A stretch of 32,000 bases of DNA, taken from the NCBI RefSeq assembly GCF_023169545.1, contig NZ_AP019769.1, forward strand, positions 420,001-452,000, given 5' to 3'. The notes beneath the pieces were generated by a model. The model saw nothing but the letters and a program-made list of their open reading frames with translations. It was not told the DNA's origin and searched no databases. This DNA is from Nanobdella aerobiophila (GTDB lineage: Archaea; Nanobdellota; Nanobdellia; Nanobdellales; Nanobdellaceae). The position numbers were made by a program, and so were the translations under genes. This document shows positions 27,698-32,000 of the stretch, one piece after another (the first letter of the stretch is position 1; every line of letters begins with the position of its first letter).

Positions 27698-28782
27698 TAA
27701 GATATCTTAAATCTAAGTATTGCGCCAATCTTAAAATTTGCAAATTGTTCGCCTTCTGGATGGTTTTTAGATATTATCTCTATTTTTGCGTTTGTTTGCT
27801 GGATTAGATCTAATAGTTCCTTTAATTTATCCTTATAATCTTCAGATATTATTATAGTATCTATAGCTCCTAATTCTAAGGCTTTTTTAACATCATCAAG
27901 ACCATAAACAACTAAACCTGTATTTTTTCCTAGGTGCTCAAAAAATAGATTTGCTAATTGGACCTCTTTTGTATATTCTGTCTTTTGTAAAACATCCTTC
28001 GCTTTTTCCAATAATTCTTTTAATCCATATTCATTTGAATATGCGGTATCATACACTCCCAGAACCTTTTGTTTTAATTGATATGGTAAATAATCCTCAT
28101 TTACAAATCTTTCCTTTAATAAACCTGGTCCACCAACAATTATTCCAGCCAACTTATCCATATCTTTATCAAAGAAATTTCGCATCTCATCCGCTAGATA
28201 TTTTAGCCATAAATGTACATCTTGCTCTATCAGTCTCTGAAATCGAACGGAAGACTGCCCACCTGCCCTCATTTTACTTGGAACCCATGATTCCTTATTT
28301 TCTAATACAATTAATCTGCTTCCTTTTAATGTACCTATAGTAGCTTCTCCTCTATCCAACACAATCAGACCATATATTTGTTTTGGTTTTATCATTTCTT
28401 TTAATGGATCTAACAAGAACTTAGAATCACATCTATAGATCCTTAAACTTAATTTATCTGGAGGTTCCATAGCCCATAATCTTAAATCTACCTTTCCAGG
28501 AACATTAGATATATTACCACAAAATACAACCAGTCCATTTTCTGGAGTATTTTTTAAACCCTTTAAGTAGTTTAATATTTTTGCAATAGCATCCATAACA
28601 TGTTGCCTAGTGTTTTTATCCTTAATATTTTGGGCAGTAGAATATTCGTATCCTAAATGTTCTATAACTTTAGATAATTCATAACCGGCAGGGACATAGT
28701 AAGATACTAATTCTGTTGCCCTACCTTCATAGCTTTCCAATTCTTCAATTAGCATCTGAAGTTCCAGCTCCTTAACATCCAT
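27697..28782 (-). CDS. prf1: Archaeal peptide chain release factor aRF1
   Basis: NIK(D) motif region STAQNIKDKNTR, catalytic RAGGQSSVRFQRLIEQ, LAGIIVGGPGLLKERF. Confidence 0.95.
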   Translation of the reverse strand: MDVKELELQMLIEELESYEGRATELVSYYVPAGYELSKVIEHLGYEYSTAQNIKDKNTRQHVMDAIAKILNYLKGLKNTPENGLVVFCGNISNVPGKVDLRLWAMEPPDKLSLRIYRCDSKFLLDPLKEMIKPKQIYGLIVLDRGEATIGTLKGSRLIVLENKESWVPSKMRAGGQSSVRFQRLIEQDVHLWLKYLADEMRNFFDKDMDKLAGIIVGGPGLLKERFVNEDYLPYQLKQKVLGVYDTAYSNEYGLKELLEKAKDVLQKTEYTKEVQLANLFFEHLGKNTGLVVYGLDDVKKALELGAIDTIIISEDYKDKLKELLDLIQQTNAKIEIISKNHPEGEQFANFKIGAILRFKIS

Positions 28783-28804
28783 ATATCTCTATCTAACAAT
28801 ATCT

Positions 28805-29494
28805 TTAAATACCAATATATTTTTTAATATCATCATAATTTATATTTATAGACAATTTTCTAGATATATTATGTATATTTTTAATATCTCTTTCCAATAA
28901 TATACAAGCAGATGGAGAATTAACTGGTATAGACTGAGAAACATCGATTATATAAGGTATATCATTATATATGATAATATTGTACTCTGAAAAATCCCCA
29001 TGTACCAATTTTGCTTTATTATAAATCTTTTTATATTCATCTAGAATTGCATAAAAGAAATTACTTTTATCTGTTATATTTTTATAATAATTATGTAAAG
29101 ATATTACACCATCATATCCTATATACTCCATTACTAAGATATTTCCTTTATATGTATATGGTATCGGTACCTTGACTAAATTCATATACATTCTCCTTAG
29201 ATTCATATATTCTTTTTTAACCCATAAATAAGATAGACCAATTAAAGATCTTGGATATCTTCTTATTCTAGGATCTAACTTTATATATTTTACCTGTTCT
29301 TTATAGCTTCTTGACATTATTTTATATATTTTCAGCGCAACCTTTCCAGATCTGAATACTACTGCTTCTTTCCCCTCCGATATTAATACTAAATCTTCTT
29401 TTATATATTTATCGTTATATAAATCATTTAAGTAATTAAAAGTATTATTATCAAATACCTTTCCATAAGTTTTCCAGATTTCTTTATATTTCAT
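28805..29494 (-). CDS. rio1: RIO1-type serine/threonine protein kinase
   Basis: ISEGKEAVVFRSGKVALKIYKI, YIKLDPRIRR, WVKKEYMNLRRM, VMEYIG, LVHGDFSEYNIIIYNDIPYIIDVSQ. Confidence 0.9.
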   Translation of the reverse strand: MKYKEIWKTYGKVFDNNTFNYLNDLYNDKYIKEDLVLISEGKEAVVFRSGKVALKIYKIMSRSYKEQVKYIKLDPRIRRYPRSLIGLSYLWVKKEYMNLRRMYMNLVKVPIPYTYKGNILVMEYIGYDGVISLHNYYKNITDKSNFFYAILDEYKKIYNKAKLVHGDFSEYNIIIYNDIPYIIDVSQSIPVNSPSACILLERDIKNIHNISRKLSININYDDIKKYIGI

Positions 29495-30243
29495 AATATT
29501 AGATCTAGCAAACTTGCCCTAATGCCAGGCAGGAACCCTAAATAAAATAACATGATGTATAAAGTATTTTTCAATTTTATATCCTTAACAAAATATCTTA
29601 TATAAAATGCAGTTATGATAGTTAATAATAATTTTAATGAATAAAATAGCAGAGGATTATTCATATTATATACAATTAAATTTAATAATGGATGTTCGGA
29701 CTTTAAATTAAAAAGAAACACTGATAGTATTGAGAATATAGATTCATATATTTCACCATATATCGATAAAATAAAAAAATTCTCATTATTAGAAAAATAG
29801 AATAAAAATGGCATTAAAAAAGATAAAAATAGCAATGGAACTACATTTATTGGATCTTTTAAAATAAATATCGGTATCTCTATTAATATAATAATTATAA
29901 GAAGATATATATAGTATTTTTTATTTTTTATAAATAGGTAAGGTAAAAATGCTAATATCATCCAAAATTCTAATATAGGAGTAAGTAACAAATATGTTCT
30001 TGGGATATATAATAGATCCATATCCACTCTAGGTATCATAAAAGCAATAGTGAGAAGTACTATAGATATAACAAGATCTTTATCTATTTTTATTTTACCT
30101 TTCTCTATAAAGAATTTATAAAATATATAAAATATTATAAAGAACAATAACCCATAGGCTGTAGTATTATATATATTATATCTATATTGAAAATCTACTA
30201 CTGGATATATAAAATATATATAAAAAAAACTTCCTAAATCCAT
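29491..30243 (-). CDS. Multi-pass membrane protein (DUF63-like)
   Basis: FFYIYFIYPVV...YNIYNTTAYGLLFFIIFYIFYKFF, IKIDKDL, PRVDMDLLYIPRTYLLLTPILEFW pattern; family assignment tentative. Confidence 0.55.
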   Translation of the reverse strand: MDLGSFFYIYFIYPVVDFQYRYNIYNTTAYGLLFFIIFYIFYKFFIEKGKIKIDKDLVISIVLLTIAFMIPRVDMDLLYIPRTYLLLTPILEFWMILAFLPYLFIKNKKYYIYLLIIIILIEIPIFILKDPINVVPLLFLSFLMPFLFYFSNNENFFILSIYGEIYESIFSILSVFLFNLKSEHPLLNLIVYNMNNPLLFYSLKLLLTIITAFYIRYFVKDIKLKNTLYIMLFYLGFLPGIRASLLDLIL

Positions 30244-30587
30244 TAACGCCTAAACATATACTGGTAATATTGTAGCATATTGTTTAGGAGCATTATAATA
30301 TTATCCAATTTTGATGATATAGTATCCAACTTCGCATTTAGTGATTGAACTACACCTGTTATATCATTCTGCATTTGTGGTGGTAAATTTGGCATAAATG
30401 ATTGCGGATTAATCTGCCCGGAGTCAAATTGTGGAAAATTCTGCTGTGGTGGAATGGGTTGACTATTCATAAAACCATTATTCATCATATTACCTGGAAA
30501 ATTCTGCTGTGGTGGAAAATCATATCCAGCCTGCATATCATCCATATCATCTTGATTTTTGTTTCTCTTCAAGAAGTCTAAGACCAT
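30243..30587 (-). CDS. N/Q/P-rich disordered region plus short coiled-coil protein
   Basis: MVLDFLKRNKNQDD start, PPQQNFPGNMMNNGFMNSQPIPPQQNFP low-complexity region, then LNAKLDTISSKLDNIIMLLNNMLQYY. Confidence 0.7.
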   Translation of the reverse strand: MVLDFLKRNKNQDDMDDMQAGYDFPPQQNFPGNMMNNGFMNSQPIPPQQNFPQFDSGQINPQSFMPNLPPQMQNDITGVVQSLNAKLDTISSKLDNIIMLLNNMLQYYQYMFRR

Positions 30588-30618
30588 ATATAATTAAAAA
30601 ACTTATTAATATATAAAT

Positions 30619-31242
30619 TTATTCTTCTTCTTCATTATATTCTATTTCCATAAACTCTTCATAATCTAGCGGAAAATCTTTCTTCTTAACAAGTATACCC
30701 CTACTGGATAGATATTCTCTAGTTATTATATAATATAATAAAGCTAAAGACCTGGATCCTCTATTATTTGCTGGTATTGCCAGATCTATATATTTTAATG
30801 AATTATTTGTATCTATAAAAGCGATAGTCGTCTTTCCAGTTCTATATGCATCTATCAAAGCATTTCTATCTAATATCGGATCTGTAATTATTACTATATC
30901 TACATCTTTAAATATATCTAATGCGGGGTTTGTTAATAATCCCGGTGGGTATCTTTTAGGATATACATTTATACCAGTATATTTGTTTAACATCTGTAAT
31001 GGTTTTCTAGCCGTTTCTCTTCTTCCGACTACTAATATTTCATAGGGCTCATATTTTGATAATAATTTCGATACATATCTTAATCTTTCATCTATTTTCA
31101 TCACATCTATTATTGCCAATCCATCCGATCTTACTCTAGCTACAAATTTTTTTGTATCTTTATTCTTTATTCTGGTTCCTATATGAACACCTGCCTTTAT
31201 ATAATCTTCTAAATTAACAAGCCAAATATTTTGATCTGCCAT
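30619..31242 (-). CDS. rps2: Small ribosomal subunit protein uS2
   Basis: YIKAGVHIGTRIKNKDTKKFVARVRSDGLAIIDV, PPGLLTNP, DVDIVIITDP. The track start at 31314 overlaps uL2; MADQNIWLV at 31242 is preferred because it avoids the overlap. Confidence 0.93.
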   Translation of the reverse strand: MADQNIWLVNLEDYIKAGVHIGTRIKNKDTKKFVARVRSDGLAIIDVMKIDERLRYVSKLLSKYEPYEILVVGRRETARKPLQMLNKYTGINVYPKRYPPGLLTNPALDIFKDVDIVIITDPILDRNALIDAYRTGKTTIAFIDTNNSLKYIDLAIPANNRGSRSLALLYYIITREYLSSRGILVKKKDFPLDYEEFMEIEYNEEEE

Positions 31243-31246
31243 CTTA

Positions 31247-31981
31247 TTATAAATTACCTTTTCTCCTTCCGGTTCTCTTAGAACCATATTTGCCATACTT
31301 AATTGGATATCCATATTTTGGTAATGGTGTCATACCACCTTTATTTCTCTTATGTTTACCACCTAGTGGATGATCTGCAACATTTCTCGCTGTAGGTTTA
31401 TTAATGGGCCATATCTTATGATGTGCTTTCTTAAAATAATATTTATTACCAGCTCTAACAAAGGGCTTATCTGTTCTATTAGAACCTGCAACAGTCCCTA
31501 TAATTGCCCTTGATAATAAATTAACATTTTTATTTTTTCCGGATGGTAATCTTATTATAGCATATTTATCCGTTTTTTGAACTAGTAAACATGATGTGCC
31601 AGATGTTCTTGCGACTCTCCCTCCATCTCCAGGAACTAGTTCTACCATCGATATTAAAGATCCATCTGGAATGAACTTCAATGGTAATATATTTCCATTT
31701 TCTACCGGTGCATTTACACCAGCATATATCTCTTTACCTATATATATATTTTCAACAGCAGGCACCAGGATTGATGTTCCATCTTCAAATTTTATTTTTG
31801 CTATAGGAGAATAATGGCCTTTATCCTTTATTAAATCTACTACTCTACCCTTTATCTTATCAATCTTTTCTTTATCATCTAGAGGCCTTAAGGAGAACTT
31901 ACCTGCAAAATAAAAATCTGGAGTTATATATACCTTTTTTCCTTTTCCTCTCCTCTGCTGTGGAATAGTATTACCTCCCAT
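31247..31981 (-). CDS. rpl2: Large ribosomal subunit protein uL2
   Basis: MGGNTIPQQRRGKGKKVYITPDF, GDGGRVARTSGTSC, KMWPIN-like HKIWPINKPTARNVADHPLGGKHKR. Confidence 0.96.
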   Translation of the reverse strand: MGGNTIPQQRRGKGKKVYITPDFYFAGKFSLRPLDDKEKIDKIKGRVVDLIKDKGHYSPIAKIKFEDGTSILVPAVENIYIGKEIYAGVNAPVENGNILPLKFIPDGSLISMVELVPGDGGRVARTSGTSCLLVQKTDKYAIIRLPSGKNKNVNLLSRAIIGTVAGSNRTDKPFVRAGNKYYFKKAHHKIWPINKPTARNVADHPLGGKHKRNKGGMTPLPKYGYPIKYGKYGSKRTGRRKGNL

Positions 31982-32000
31982 CTTACATTAATCCTAATCT

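Noticed and set aside
27951-28340. Plus-strand 129-aa ORF
   Set aside because: Longest antisense ORF, but it lies entirely opposite the conserved GGQ-containing part of aRF1.
28618-28629. Stop-codon reassignment in this genome, suggested by NIKD in aRF1
   Set aside because: Well-conserved proteins end at their expected C-termini with TAA, TAG and TGA, so no code change is supported by this window.
31596-31814. Plus-strand 72-aa ORF
   Set aside because: Antisense to the conserved GDGGRVARTSG region of uL2.

Overview
AT-rich archaeal chromosomal window, most likely from a DPANN or nanoarchaeote-like organism (inferred from compact operons, very low GC, dispersed informational genes and half-length genes). 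It is mostly conserved core genes: a partial inorganic pyrophosphatase, S17e, Alba, initiator tRNA-Met, a YchF-type GTPase, RpoN, an NcsA/TtuA-like tRNA thiolase, tRNA-Gln, RtcB, an Nre-family protein, TFE, HIT, RadB, the archaeal CCA-adding enzyme, aRF1, a RIO1-type kinase, uS2 and uL2. No CRISPR array or intact mobile element was seen. Main points of interest: (1) Dph2 and GatE are each present only as C-terminal portions that begin near domain boundaries, suggesting split genes whose N-terminal parts lie elsewhere. (2) A decayed gene at 13462-14051 starts with an archaeal type IV pilin-like N-terminus (MRSISPIIATILF) and is broken across several frames. (3) A pilus/secretion ATPase plus TadC/GspF-like membrane gene pair is divergent from genes for coiled-coil and N/Q/P-rich proteins, and a third protein of this architecture lies at 30243. 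(4) aRF1 carries NIKD instead of NIKS, although TAA, TAG and TGA all still appear to act as stops. (5) A pair of large, uncharacterised paralogs lies at 1531-4744 with a conserved (S)D-x3-YQIT...(F/Y)IDIA(P/S)G motif.
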